From NCBI GenBank assembly GCA_965199495.1, contig CBDASK010000003.1, positions 2,080,001-2,144,000 on the forward strand: a stretch of 64,000 nt of DNA, written 5' to 3'. The position numbers were made by a program, and so were the translations under genes. This DNA is from Abditibacterium sp. (lineage in GTDB: Bacteria; Armatimonadota; Abditibacteriia; Abditibacteriales; Abditibacteriaceae). The notes under the pieces are model-generated. The model saw only the letters and a program-made list of their open reading frames with translations, was not told where the DNA came from and ran no database searches. Below, piece by piece: positions 1-9,146 of this stretch (position 1 is its first letter; every line of letters begins with the position of its first letter).

Positions 1-9
1 ATGTTTTGT

Positions 10-33
10 GTTACGATATAATTAATTCGTAAC
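10..33. promoter_or_regulatory. Candidate operator palindrome GTTACGA-N10-TCGTAAC upstream of the TonB receptor
   Basis: Perfect 7-bp inverted repeat with an all-A/T spacer, about 50 bp upstream of the ATG. Confidence 0.4.
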
Positions 34-81
34 CAACGCTTTGTGCTTCTGTCGTTTGCAAAGCGCCATTTTGCTTTCGAC

Positions 82-2379
82 ATGAATCCAAAGTATTCTC
101 CTTTTATTTTGTGTTTGGTCGCGCCGTGTGCCTGCGCCGCCCTCGCCCAAAACACCGTCCCCACCGCGTCCGCCCCGACTTCCTCCGATGCAGCCACGCC
201 GCCCGTATCTGTGCCGGGCAAAAAATATGCTTCTGCCACACCGCCCATTATTTTGCCAGCCAAACGGCTCGCGCAGGCTCCGGCTTCCGCGCCCGCCAGC
301 GACGGCGCTTCGGTCGCGGGCGATGGCACTGCCGCGCAAAACCCCGGCACGGCGCCGACCGATACTTCGGCGATGCCCGCCGATGCCACTCCCAAAACCG
401 ACGATTCGGAAATCGAAACGGTGATTTCAGTGGTGCGCGAGCGTTCCAATTCGTTGATTGGCAAAGCCAACGCGGCGTCCGAAGGCGTCGTCGGGCCGCG
501 CCAGTTGGAGCGCCGCCCGATTCTGCGTCCGGGCGAATTATTGGAAACCGTGCCGGGCGTGATTATCACGCAGCATTCGGGTTCGGGTAAGGCCAACCAG
601 TATTTCCTGCGCGGCTTCAACCTCGATCACGGAACCGATTTGGCGGTTTCGCTCAACGGCATTCCGATTAACCTGCCGACGCACGCGCACGGGCAGGGCT
701 ACACCGACCTCAACTTTCTGATTCCCGAACTGGTCTCGCAACTGCGCTATCGCAAAGGCTCCTACGAAGCCGATCAAGGCGATTTCTCGTCGGCTGGCTC
801 GATTGATTTGAGTTACGCGCGCCATTTGGGGCGCGACCAGAACGGCGTGCCGCAAACGCAATCATTGGAACTTGGCAGCTTCGGATTTGAGCGTTTACTG
901 CTCACCGGCAACGCCAACAAACAGGTGATTTACGGTTTGGAATTGCAGCATTCCGACAGTTCGTTTCAACTCAAAGAAGATTTTCGCAAGCTCAACGGCA
1001 TCGTCAGTTACGACCGGGGCGACGCCAAACGCGGCGTTTCGGCGACGGCTTACGCTTACGATGGCAAATGGAATTCGTCGGATCAGATTCCCCAGCGCGC
1101 CGTTGACGCCGGTCTCATCGGACGCTTTGGCAACATTGACCCGACCGACGGCGGCAAATCGCGGCGTCTGGCTTTGTCGGGCGAAGTGCGCCGCGACAAA
1201 ACCAATTTGACCGCCTACGCGATGAATTACAAGTTGAACTTGTTTTCCAACTTCACTTATTTTCTCGATAATCCGGTTCAGGGCGACCAGTTCGAGCAGG
1301 AAGATCGGCGCAATTATTACGGTTTTCATCTGCGCCAGCAAGTCGGCGAAAGCAGCGGCAAGTTCACCACGTTCGTCGGTTTACAGGGCCGCTACGACGA
1401 CATCGGTCGCGTCGGTTTGTTCCACAACCAAAACCGCGTGCGCTTCGAGACGGTGCGCCAGGATCGCGTCAAAGAAAGCTCGATTGCGCCTTATATTCAG
1501 GCCGAATATAAGTTCAATCCGCGATTGCGCGCCAGCGTCGGCGGGCGCTACGATTATTACCGTTTCGACGTGGATTCGAGCATCGCGGCCAACAGCGGCA
1601 AAGTCAACGACTCGCTATTTTCGCCCAAGGGTTCGCTGGCCTATCGCGTCGGCAAATACGACGAAACCTATTTTTCCATCGGGCGCGGTTTTCACTCCAA
1701 CGACGCGCGCGGCACGACGATCACGGTTGATCCCAACGATCCCAACGTGCCCGCCGACCGCGTGACGCCCCTTGTGCGCTCGAACTTCGCCGAAATCGGC
1801 GTGCGCCACGCGCGCGGTGGCTTGCAGTCTACGCTCGCACTTTTCGGATTGGATTCGGCGTCGGAATTAGTCTTCGTCGGCGACGCGGGCACGACCGAGC
1901 CGTCGCGTCCATCGCGGCGCGCGGGCATCGAGTTCACCAACTATTATAACGTCGGCAACGGCCTGATTTTGGACGCCGACTTCGCTTATGCGCGCGCCCG
2001 TTTTCGCGATTCCGACCCGGTCGGCAACCGCATTCCCGGCGCATTGGAAGGCATCATCGCGCTGGGCGCGACTTACGAACGCGAGCGCGGCATTACCGGC
2101 GCGCTCCGTCTGCGTTATTTCGGGCCGCGCCCGCTCATCGAAGACAACAGCCAGCGTTCGGATTCGTCGGCTCTGGTCAACGCCAGAGTTGGTTACAAAT
2201 GGAAGAAAGGTTTGCGATTGAACGTGGACGTTTACAATTTGTTCAACTCCGCCGTCAGCGATATTGACTATTATTACGCCTCGCGCTTGCCCGGCGAACC
2301 GGCGGCGGGCGTGGACGATACGCATTTTCATCCGTCGGAAAAACGCAGTTTGCGCGTCGGAATCGTGCGGCAATTTTAG
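82..2379 (+). CDS. TonB-dependent outer-membrane receptor with an Ala/Pro-rich N-terminal linker
   Basis: Signal peptide; plug motif 'LLETVPGV...HSGSGKANQYFLRGFNLDHGTD'; barrel end 'NVDVYNLFN' and C-terminal Phe. ATG at 82 preferred over the ORF-track start at 43. Confidence 0.92.
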   Translation: MNPKYSPFILCLVAPCACAALAQNTVPTASAPTSSDAATPPVSVPGKKYASATPPIILPAKRLAQAPASAPASDGASVAGDGTAAQNPGTAPTDTSAMPADATPKTDDSEIETVISVVRERSNSLIGKANAASEGVVGPRQLERRPILRPGELLETVPGVIITQHSGSGKANQYFLRGFNLDHGTDLAVSLNGIPINLPTHAHGQGYTDLNFLIPELVSQLRYRKGSYEADQGDFSSAGSIDLSYARHLGRDQNGVPQTQSLELGSFGFERLLLTGNANKQVIYGLELQHSDSSFQLKEDFRKLNGIVSYDRGDAKRGVSATAYAYDGKWNSSDQIPQRAVDAGLIGRFGNIDPTDGGKSRRLALSGEVRRDKTNLTAYAMNYKLNLFSNFTYFLDNPVQGDQFEQEDRRNYYGFHLRQQVGESSGKFTTFVGLQGRYDDIGRVGLFHNQNRVRFETVRQDRVKESSIAPYIQAEYKFNPRLRASVGGRYDYYRFDVDSSIAANSGKVNDSLFSPKGSLAYRVGKYDETYFSIGRGFHSNDARGTTITVDPNDPNVPADRVTPLVRSNFAEIGVRHARGGLQSTLALFGLDSASELVFVGDAGTTEPSRPSRRAGIEFTNYYNVGNGLILDADFAYARARFRDSDPVGNRIPGALEGIIALGATYERERGITGALRLRYFGPRPLIEDNSQRSDSSALVNARVGYKWKKGLRLNVDVYNLFNSAVSDIDYYYASRLPGEPAAGVDDTHFHPSEKRSLRVGIVRQF

Positions 2380-2391
2380 AACATAAAGCTC

Positions 2392-2430
2392 AAAAAGCCT
2401 CGGCATTCTCTTGATAATGCCGAGGCTTTT
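2392..2430 (+). terminator. Intrinsic terminator, probably bidirectional
   Basis: AAAAAGCCTCGGCATT-N8-AATGCCGAGGCTTTT just after the receptor stop codon. Confidence 0.85.
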
Positions 2431-2456
2431 GCGCGTTTTATAATTTCCTATAGCGT

Positions 2457-2576
2457 TTTTCACGGCGAAGGTTAAACAAGCGGGGCTGACGCACCCTTTC
2501 AATCGGCGATTTTTCGAGACACTCCACCGATTGGAAGGGTGCGTCAGCCCCGCTTGTTTAACCTTCGCCGTGAAAA
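2457..2576. repeat. Long inverted repeat (50-bp arms, 1 mismatch, 20-bp spacer), REPIN/MITE-like
   Basis: 2457-2506 TTTTCACGGCGAAGG...CCCTTTCAATCGG pairs with 2527-2576 CCGATTGGAAGGG...CGCCGTGAAAA. Confidence 0.9.
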
Positions 2577-2597
2577 TCTCTCTATCTCTTTCTAAAT

Positions 2598-2858
2598 TTA
2601 CTCGATAATCGAGACGCGTTCGCCGTAAACTTCGCGCACGCCGCGCACCGAGTGAATCTGAGTTTTGATGATCTGAAACTCTTTGCGCACGTTGACGCTG
2701 CCGGCGGCGCCGCGTGGCGCGCGCACTTTGCCGTCCATTTCGATGATGCCGCCGCGACACGCGATGTTGAGTTGCGTGATGTCCAAGCTGGTGCGGGCAA
2801 TGGCCGCGCGCGCGGTTTTCGCGAGGGCGCGGTCGTCGTCTCTGCTGGTTCCTGCCAT
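2598..2858 (-). CDS. Small BON-domain-like protein
   Basis: 'DDRALAKTARAAIAR..LDITQLNIACRGGIIEMDGKV...SVRGVREV' follows the BON pattern; ATG at 2858. Confidence 0.6.
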   Translation of the reverse strand: MAGTSRDDDRALAKTARAAIARTSLDITQLNIACRGGIIEMDGKVRAPRGAAGSVNVRKEFQIIKTQIHSVRGVREVYGERVSIIE

Positions 2859-2943
2859 GATGTGATGCCTCCTGACGCGGCGAATGGCGCCGCTTTTGTT
2901 TATCGCGACTTTCCCCATCGAAGCCGCTCGGTAGTTTCACTCT

Positions 2944-3609
2944 TTATTTTCCCACTTTTGGCGCCTTTTGCATAGGAGATGCCATTGATTTCGCTGAAAT
3001 TGGCGCCTTCATTTCAATGGCGGCGCGCACTTCAAATTGCCGGTATTGCGCGGCCCAGAACGTCAATTGTAGTGGCAAAACCGCGCCATTTTTCTCCGTT
3101 TTGCCGGGCATGAAAACCATCTTGATAATCGAATTGCGCGGCAATTCGTCCCACCCATAATAACGGCCCTGACCGCGCATTTCGGTCGTATCGGGCGGAG
3201 GCTGCACGTTGACAACGACGACGTGGCTCTGCGTTTGCTGGCTGAGGCGCAGACTGACGGTTTCAAAGTTATTGTCCGCTTCTTTCAACGCGGAATCGAG
3301 CGTGAATTGCGCTGTGGCCATCTGCCCCACTCGCACTGTGCGCGGAATTTGCGAGTAAATTAGCAATGGTTTGTCGCCCAAATTTCGGGTTTCCGCCGCC
3401 AGATTGGCGATGGCCAGAGCCAACATCGCTAAACCACTGCCGACGGCCAATATCCAGTAAAAAGGCCGCACCGGTCGCCGCAACTTGCCGCGCCAGCGCG
3501 CGGGTTTTTCCGGTTGCGCCAACAGTGCGCCGCAAGCGGCGCAGTGCGGGAAAGAGACGAATTGATCCAAATTCACCAATCCGCACTGGCCGCACACGAC
3601 TTTTTTCAT
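2944..3609 (-). CDS. Hypothetical membrane-anchored protein with an N-terminal zinc ribbon
   Basis: CGQC...CAAC, then one TM helix and a beta-rich domain; ATG at 3609. Confidence 0.7.
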   Translation of the reverse strand: MKKVVCGQCGLVNLDQFVSFPHCAACGALLAQPEKPARWRGKLRRPVRPFYWILAVGSGLAMLALAIANLAAETRNLGDKPLLIYSQIPRTVRVGQMATAQFTLDSALKEADNNFETVSLRLSQQTQSHVVVVNVQPPPDTTEMRGQGRYYGWDELPRNSIIKMVFMPGKTEKNGAVLPLQLTFWAAQYRQFEVRAAIEMKAPISAKSMASPMQKAPKVGK

Positions 3610-3622
3610 GAAGTTTTCGCGC

Positions 3623-4306
3623 TCAAAACGCGCGCTCGATGGCGACGCGCATCTCCTCGACGCTGGTTTGTAAACGCTCGTGCGCGCCAAAGATTCCCGA
3701 TCCGCTCACGATGATGTCGGCTCCCGCGCGCACCACGGTCTCGACGTTAGCAGCAGATACGCCGCCGTCCACCTGAATTTTAAAGCTCAATCCACGCTCA
3801 TCCCGCAAGCGCGCCAGATGCTCGATTTTCTTCAGCGCCATCGGCAAAAACTTCTGGCCGCCAAAGCCGGGATTGACGCTCATTACCAAAACGTAATCCA
3901 AATCGGGCAAAATCACGTCGAGCGTTTCGATGGGCGTCGCCGGATTCAAAACCGCGCCGCCCATCGCTCCGGCGTCTTTGATATGCCAGATGAGTTTGTG
4001 CAAATGCGGCTGACATTCGACGTGAACGCTGATGCTCTGCGCGCCCGCTTCGAGAAATTCGTCCAAACGGTCGGCGGGATTGGAAACCATCAAATGCGCG
4101 TCGAAGTGCATGCGGCAGTGCGGGCGCATCGCTTTCAAAAAGAGCGCGCCAAACGACAAATTGGGCACGAAATGCCCGTCCATCGCGTCGAAGTGCAGCC
4201 ACTGCACGCCCGCTTCGTCCAAAGCGCGCACCTGCTCGCCCGCGCGCGACCAATCCGCCGCCAACAGCGACGGCGCCAACCAGACATCTTGAGAATTACG
4301 TGTCAT
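3623..4306 (-). CDS. rpe: Ribulose-phosphate 3-epimerase
   Basis: Motifs APSLLAAD, HFDAMDGHFVPN, DAHLMV, MSVNPGFGGQ, VDGG. Confidence 0.97.
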   Translation of the reverse strand: MTRNSQDVWLAPSLLAADWSRAGEQVRALDEAGVQWLHFDAMDGHFVPNLSFGALFLKAMRPHCRMHFDAHLMVSNPADRLDEFLEAGAQSISVHVECQPHLHKLIWHIKDAGAMGGAVLNPATPIETLDVILPDLDYVLVMSVNPGFGGQKFLPMALKKIEHLARLRDERGLSFKIQVDGGVSAANVETVVRAGADIIVSGSGIFGAHERLQTSVEEMRVAIERAF

Positions 4307-4309
4307 TTT

Positions 4310-4582
4310 TTATAATGGATGCGAATCGGAAACCGGCTTTTCGATCATCACGGATTGAACATCGGATTGCGCGCGCGTTTGATTTTCCACCGCTTGTTGT
4401 TGCATCTGGTGTTGTTGCATTAAAAGCCACGCTTCGGCGACATCGGCCATGCGGTCGAGACCGGCGGCGGCGCGATTGAGGCAATAAAGAACGTAAAGTC
4501 CGCCTAAGACAAATATCAGCGCGCCGCCGATTTGCAACAGTAAAAGCAGGCCCAGTATGGTGCCGGGAGAATTGGATTCCAT
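4310..4582 (-). CDS. Small membrane protein
   Basis: 90-aa ORF with one long hydrophobic helix, ending 3 bp before rpe. Confidence 0.65.
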   Translation of the reverse strand: MESNSPGTILGLLLLLQIGGALIFVLGGLYVLYCLNRAAAGLDRMADVAEAWLLMQQHQMQQQAVENQTRAQSDVQSVMIEKPVSDSHPL

Positions 4583-4660
4583 GAGAATGGGTGACCGAAA
4601 AAGTTCACTTGTCAGTTTGACTTATCGGGGCCGTTAGTCGCTTGACTTTTAAAAATCTTC

Positions 4661-4750
4661 GTAGAGACGCCGATTTACCGCGTTTAAAAAGCTTGAACGT
4701 GCTTCAAATTTATGGAGAATTAAACGTTTTAGACGCGATCATCCGGCGTC
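4661..4750. repeat. Degenerate GTAG-REP doublet (REPIN), copy 1
   Basis: GTAGAGACGCCGATTTACCGCGTTTAAAA ... TTTTAGACGCGATCATCCGGCGTC; same family as the copies at 7903, 34939 and 63386. Confidence 0.75.
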
Positions 4751-5470
4751 ATTCCGCTCGTCATACAGCGCCGCCGCGTAACCAATTTTTTGCAATGGTC
4801 GCCAGAGTCCCAGCACCAAAAGCGGCGTGATGCACGCATAAAACCACAACAATTTGCCCGCGCCTTCGTGTTCAAAACGCCGTCCGCTCGTGCCCAACGG
4901 CACCAACAATTGCCGGTGCAAACCGTAGCGCGGGCACAACTTGCGAATCAGTTGCACGTCTTCGCCCAGATGCAGCGATTCATCGAAACCGCCGCAACTT
5001 TGGAAGGCGGCGCGCGGCGCGATGAGACACACGCCCGAACCCATGCGCAACGTGGATTGGCCCAGCCAGAATCCGACGTTAAACCCAAAATAAATCGCGC
5101 GCGTCAAAACATTGCCGTCGTGCGCCACGAACCACGGACAAGCCACGGCGAACGGCAAGCGGCGATAAGCGTTCGCCACATCGGCCAAAAATTGCGGCGG
5201 CGGCATATCGTCGGCATCAAGAAAAACCAGCAATTCGCCCGTTGCCGCGCCCGCGCCCGCGTTGCGTTGGCGCGCGACGCCGCGCTCGCAATTTAAGAAT
5301 TCAACGCCCGCAAATTCGCCGACGACGCGCGCGGTTTCATCATCGGAATCGCCGTCGGCGACGATGATTTGTGCGCTCACCGTTTGCAATTCCAGCGCGC
5401 GCAACAATTCGCCGATGCGCGCGGCTTCGTTGAGCGTGGGAATGACGACCGAAAGCGTGGGAAGTGACAC
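4739..5470 (-). CDS. Glycosyltransferase family 2
   Basis: Motifs SVVIPTLNE, DGDSDD, RNAGA, FLDAD, GGFDE, GED. Confidence 0.92.
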   Translation of the reverse strand: MSLPTLSVVIPTLNEAARIGELLRALELQTVSAQIIVADGDSDDETARVVGEFAGVEFLNCERGVARQRNAGAGAATGELLVFLDADDMPPPQFLADVANAYRRLPFAVACPWFVAHDGNVLTRAIYFGFNVGFWLGQSTLRMGSGVCLIAPRAAFQSCGGFDESLHLGEDVQLIRKLCPRYGLHRQLLVPLGTSGRRFEHEGAGKLLWFYACITPLLVLGLWRPLQKIGYAAALYDERNDAG

Positions 5471-5478
5471 GACGTAAC

Positions 5479-6168
5479 TTAATCGAACAACGTTTGCGCC
5501 GCTTTCACTGGGTCGGCGGCGCTGGTAATCGGGCGCCCAACGACCAGATAATTGGCGCCCGCTTTTAACGCTTCCGTTGGCGTCAGCACGCGCTTTTGAT
5601 CGCCCAATGCGGAATTAGCGGGCCGAATGCCCGGCGTGACGAGCATAAAATCGTCACCGCACGCCGCGCGCACCGGCAAGATTTCGCGCGCCGAACAAAC
5701 GACGCCATCCAAACCAGCTTCTTGCGCCAACATCGCCAGACGCGGCACGGCTTCGCGCGGCGTTTCGCTCAGACCAATTTTCGCCAGCGAATCGCTATCG
5801 TGTGAAGTCAAAATCGTGACGCCGATGACCTTCACATCGGGATTGGTTTCACGCGCGGCGTCGGCGGCGGCGCGCATCATTTCCAGTCCGCCCAGACAAT
5901 GCACGTTGAAAATATGCACGCCCAACCGCGCCGCCACGCGCGAGGCGGCGGCGACCGTGTTGGGAATATCGTGAAATTTCAAATCCAAAAACACGCGCTT
6001 TGGCCCGATTTCTTCGACGATTTGCGGGCCGCACGCGCAAAACAATTCCAAACCAATTTTTATCCCGCCGACGTGGCTGCTCAGTTGAGTGGCCAATTCG
6101 AGCGCCCGTTCGCGCGTCGGCACATCAAGCGCCACCAAAACCGATTGTTGAGGAGAATCCAAATTCAT
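5479..6168 (-). CDS. pyrF: Orotidine-5'-phosphate decarboxylase
   Basis: Motifs VALD, FLDLKFHDIPNTV, VTPGIRP, DQKR, VVGRPIT. Confidence 0.97.
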   Translation of the reverse strand: MNLDSPQQSVLVALDVPTRERALELATQLSSHVGGIKIGLELFCACGPQIVEEIGPKRVFLDLKFHDIPNTVAAASRVAARLGVHIFNVHCLGGLEMMRAAADAARETNPDVKVIGVTILTSHDSDSLAKIGLSETPREAVPRLAMLAQEAGLDGVVCSAREILPVRAACGDDFMLVTPGIRPANSALGDQKRVLTPTEALKAGANYLVVGRPITSAADPVKAAQTLFD

Positions 6169-6179
6169 CGCGCGTCAGT

Positions 6180-6680
6180 TTAAGCCGTCGGATCGTTATC
6201 GTCCAAAACGCGTTGCGTTTGGGCGGCGCGAAATTCGTCCAACTTTTGCGCGATTGCGGGATATTTATTGCCTGTAATCGAAGCCGCCAACAGCGCCGCG
6301 TTAGTCGCGCCTGCCTTGCCAATCGCCAACGTCGCGACAGGAATTCCGGCGGGCATTTGCGCAATCGAAAGCAACGAATCCAGACCGTTCAAAGCCTTCG
6401 ATTGAACGGGCACGCCCAAAACCGGCAGCGACGTTTGGCTGGCGCACATGCCGGGCAAATGCGCCGCGCCGCCCGCTCCAGCGATGATCACTTCGAGGCC
6501 GCGCCCGCGCGCGGATTTGGCGTATTCAAACAATAAATCGGGCGTGCGATGCGCTGAAACAACGCGCGTTTCGTGCGGAATTTCGAGTTGTTCTAAAGTT
6601 TCGACGCAATGTTTCATGGTTTCCCAATCGGATTTGGAACCCATAATCACGCCGACGAGCGGTTTGGTTTGTTCGGGCAT
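6180..6680 (-). CDS. purE: N5-CAIR mutase
   Basis: Motifs [34 protein letters not shown]. Confidence 0.98.
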   Translation of the reverse strand: MPEQTKPLVGVIMGSKSDWETMKHCVETLEQLEIPHETRVVSAHRTPDLLFEYAKSARGRGLEVIIAGAGGAAHLPGMCASQTSLPVLGVPVQSKALNGLDSLLSIAQMPAGIPVATLAIGKAGATNAALLAASITGNKYPAIAQKLDEFRAAQTQRVLDDNDPTA

Positions 6681-6704
6681 AATTTAAAATTTCAGCGTGG
6701 GGAG

Positions 6705-6823
6705 TTTCACACAAAGAAACAAAGAACGGCACAGAGGACACAAAGGGAAAGAAGAAAATAAAATCTAAAATTTCTTCTGACTCTTTGTGTCCTCTGTGCC
6801 GTTCTTTGTTTCTTTGTGTGAAA
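6705..6823. repeat. Perfect 41-bp inverted-repeat element (CACAAAG-type)
   Basis: TTTCACACAAAGAAACAAAGAACGGCACAGAGGACACAAAG at 6705-6745; exact reverse complement at 6783-6823. Confidence 0.92.
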
Positions 6824-6832
6824 TCCCAAATC

Positions 6833-7885
6833 TCAAAACCCGACGGCTGATGGATCGAATCCCATTTTACTCAACAATTCGCGAAAGCGTTCGGGTGGCA
6901 AAATGCCGCCCGACGCTTGATCATGGCCGTGACCGAAACTGCCATCGCCCTCGGATAATTCAAAACTCTTGAGAAAATCCAAAACGCTCAAACCTTTGGC
7001 CGAGCGCGCCGAGAAGTTCACTCGGTCTTTCATGTAGCCTTTGTTGGCGCAAATCACATGATATTTCGGCAAGCGCCCGCGCCAAATCTGCGCGATGAGC
7101 GGATGAATCTGGCAGGGCGAATCAATCGTAATCAGCGCGACTTGACCGGCGAATTTGGGTGCGGCTTTTTTGGCTTCGTTCATCTCGGCTTTGACTTCTT
7201 CGCGCGCGTTTTTCAAAGTTTGCACGTCGGGCGCGTCCGAATTGCACAAATCTTTGGGATTATCGAATTGCGTTAAAGCGCGCGCGGCGGCTTCGGGATC
7301 GAAATTCGACGCGCGACGCGGCGCGTTAATTAAGGCCGTGGCTTCTTTAAGCCACTTGGCGGTATATTTTTTCTTGGCCTCGTCAATGAGCAGCCACGGC
7401 GCCTTTTCGCCCAAATCCGACAGCGTGCCGATGACCGCAATCCAATCCATATCTTCGATTTCGACTTTGCCGCGCGCCAATTCATAAGTCATCCACGAAG
7501 TGTTGGGCACGCAGGGCCAACCGTAGCCGGTAATTAAAAAGTCTTCGTCTAAAACTCCTTCGGGACGGTGATGATCCAAAAACGCGGTCGGCACGCCGTC
7601 GAGAACTTTTTCGTCGCGACAACCCAAATCCAAAACCCACAAAAAATTGGGTTTCACAGCGGCGATGAGCGCGCGATTCGATTCCGTCCAAACGTTGCGC
7701 TCGCGATTGGTGGGTAGTCGTGCGACGCGGAAATTCAAACGCTCCAACACGCGTTGCCAAACCACGCCCGCCGTCACGCCATCGGCGTCCACATCGTGAA
7801 CGAGGCCAATAATTCCGTCACGCGGCATTTTTTCTAAAACGGCATCGAAAGTTTGGCGGGCGGAAGCGAATTCTTGGTCGAGCAT
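6833..7885 (-). CDS. DHH/DHHA1-family phosphoesterase (RecJ-like)
   Basis: Motifs HDVDADG, LDLG, LDHH, GTLSD, FSAR, GHGHDQASGG. Confidence 0.9.
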   Translation of the reverse strand: MLDQEFASARQTFDAVLEKMPRDGIIGLVHDVDADGVTAGVVWQRVLERLNFRVARLPTNRERNVWTESNRALIAAVKPNFLWVLDLGCRDEKVLDGVPTAFLDHHRPEGVLDEDFLITGYGWPCVPNTSWMTYELARGKVEIEDMDWIAVIGTLSDLGEKAPWLLIDEAKKKYTAKWLKEATALINAPRRASNFDPEAAARALTQFDNPKDLCNSDAPDVQTLKNAREEVKAEMNEAKKAAPKFAGQVALITIDSPCQIHPLIAQIWRGRLPKYHVICANKGYMKDRVNFSARSAKGLSVLDFLKSFELSEGDGSFGHGHDQASGGILPPERFRELLSKMGFDPSAVGF

Positions 7886-7902
7886 AAAGTTAATTTGGAT
7901 CC

Positions 7903-7995
7903 GTAGAGACACCGATTTATCGTGTCTAAAACGTAAAATCGCTTTAATCTAACGGCAACTCCAACATTTTAGACACGATAAATCGGTGTCTCTAC
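7903..7995. repeat. GTAG-REP doublet (REPIN), copy 2
   Basis: GTAGAGACACCGATTTATCGTGTCTAAAA ... TTTTAGACACGATAAATCGGTGTCTCTAC, perfect 29-bp arms. Confidence 0.92.
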
Positions 7996-8007
7996 GAATG
8001 AGACATA

Positions 8008-8688
8008 TTACGGTAGCGTCACGACTTGCAAATCGCGGATATTTGCGAACGGGCGCGGCGTGCGCGTGACGAGCGGGATTTCATGGGCAATCGCCGTGGC
8101 TGCGATCAGCGCATCGAGCGCGCTCAAGTCGGGGTCGCCGCTTTCGAGCATTAATTGGGCGGCGCGCGTCGAGGCCATCGGGCCGAGGCTCAAAACCGCG
8201 AACGGTTGCACGAACGCTTTGACGCGCGCGCGCTCGTTTTCGTCGGCGCAGTGTTCGAGCAAATATAAATAAGTCGCCGTCGCCAAACGCACTTCAACCG
8301 GCGGATTGCTCCAAAACGTTTGCGTCGGCGCCAGATTCATCGCCAGCGCCATCACCGCCGAAGTGTGAACCACGACCGGCGAACCGGCGGGCAAACTCGA
8401 AACTTCATCGGCGTTGGCGTTTTCATCGGCGCGCGCATCGTCGGCTTTTAATTCGGCCCACATTCCGCGAATCGCGTCGGGGCCGGGCTGGGCGTTGGAC
8501 GCGCCGACATCCAAAACGGCGTGGCCGCGTTCGGCTTCGCGCCACGTTTTGGCATCGGGGCGCGCGGGCGCCGCCATTTGCAGCGTGGCGCGCGGCGCGA
8601 GTTTTAAACCTAAAGCCTGCGCCAAACGTTCGCGCTCGGCGAGCGGCAATTTGACGGCGGCGGATACGGCATCTTCGTAAAGGGACAT
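8008..8688 (-). CDS. PIN (VapC-like) domain protein with an antitoxin-like N-terminal extension; catalytic residues degenerate
   Basis: C-terminal 'LSALDALIAATAIAHEIPLVTR..RPF'; N-terminal 'AVKLPLAERERLAQAL'; ATG at 8688. Confidence 0.8.
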   Translation of the reverse strand: MSLYEDAVSAAVKLPLAERERLAQALGLKLAPRATLQMAAPARPDAKTWREAERGHAVLDVGASNAQPGPDAIRGMWAELKADDARADENANADEVSSLPAGSPVVVHTSAVMALAMNLAPTQTFWSNPPVEVRLATATYLYLLEHCADENERARVKAFVQPFAVLSLGPMASTRAAQLMLESGDPDLSALDALIAATAIAHEIPLVTRTPRPFANIRDLQVVTLP

Positions 8689-8835
8689 GGGCGCGCCCTT
8701 GTCGCAAAAGCGGCGCCGTGGCTGCGGTTGCGCCCGTGAAAATGATAAAATCAAAGCGGCGTTTGCGCGCCGCAAATATGAAAACGATTTTCCGACTCCA
8801 TCTCTTTTAACGGCCTTGGCCGTAAGGAGATAACA

Positions 8836-9081
8836 ATGAGTCGTTCCTATCTGCGCACGCCTATCTGCGGAAATTTCTTCTGCGGAGATTGCAGCGAAAA
8901 AGCAGACAAGCGCATTTGGCATCGCCGGATGCGCGCCGCAATTCTGGTGCGTTTGCACAACGCCGATGCCGATGAAATCGTGTTGCCCCACGAACGCGAA
9001 GTGTCGAACGTTTGGGCAATGGCCAAAGACGGCAAATGTCGCTTTGACCCGCGTGAGCATCCTAAATTGATGCGCAAATAA
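8836..9081 (+). CDS. Small basic hypothetical protein (MSRS...EKxDKRxWHRRMR...SNxWxMxKDGK type)
   Basis: Strong Shine-Dalgarno (AAGGAG) upstream; 81-aa basic ORF with a motif pattern I recognise from conserved hypothetical proteins. Confidence 0.75.
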   Translation: MSRSYLRTPICGNFFCGDCSEKADKRIWHRRMRAAILVRLHNADADEIVLPHEREVSNVWAMAKDGKCRFDPREHPKLMRK

Positions 9082-9146
9082 ATAAAGATGGCTCGCGTCT
9101 TTCGGGGCGCGAGACCTTTATTCGTCAGATTGCTTCCTGCTTCCTT

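Noticed and set aside
1867..2940. 357-aa minus-strand ORF
   Set aside because: Runs across the BON-like gene in another frame, the hairpin element, the terminator and the TonB gene; the translation is not protein-like.
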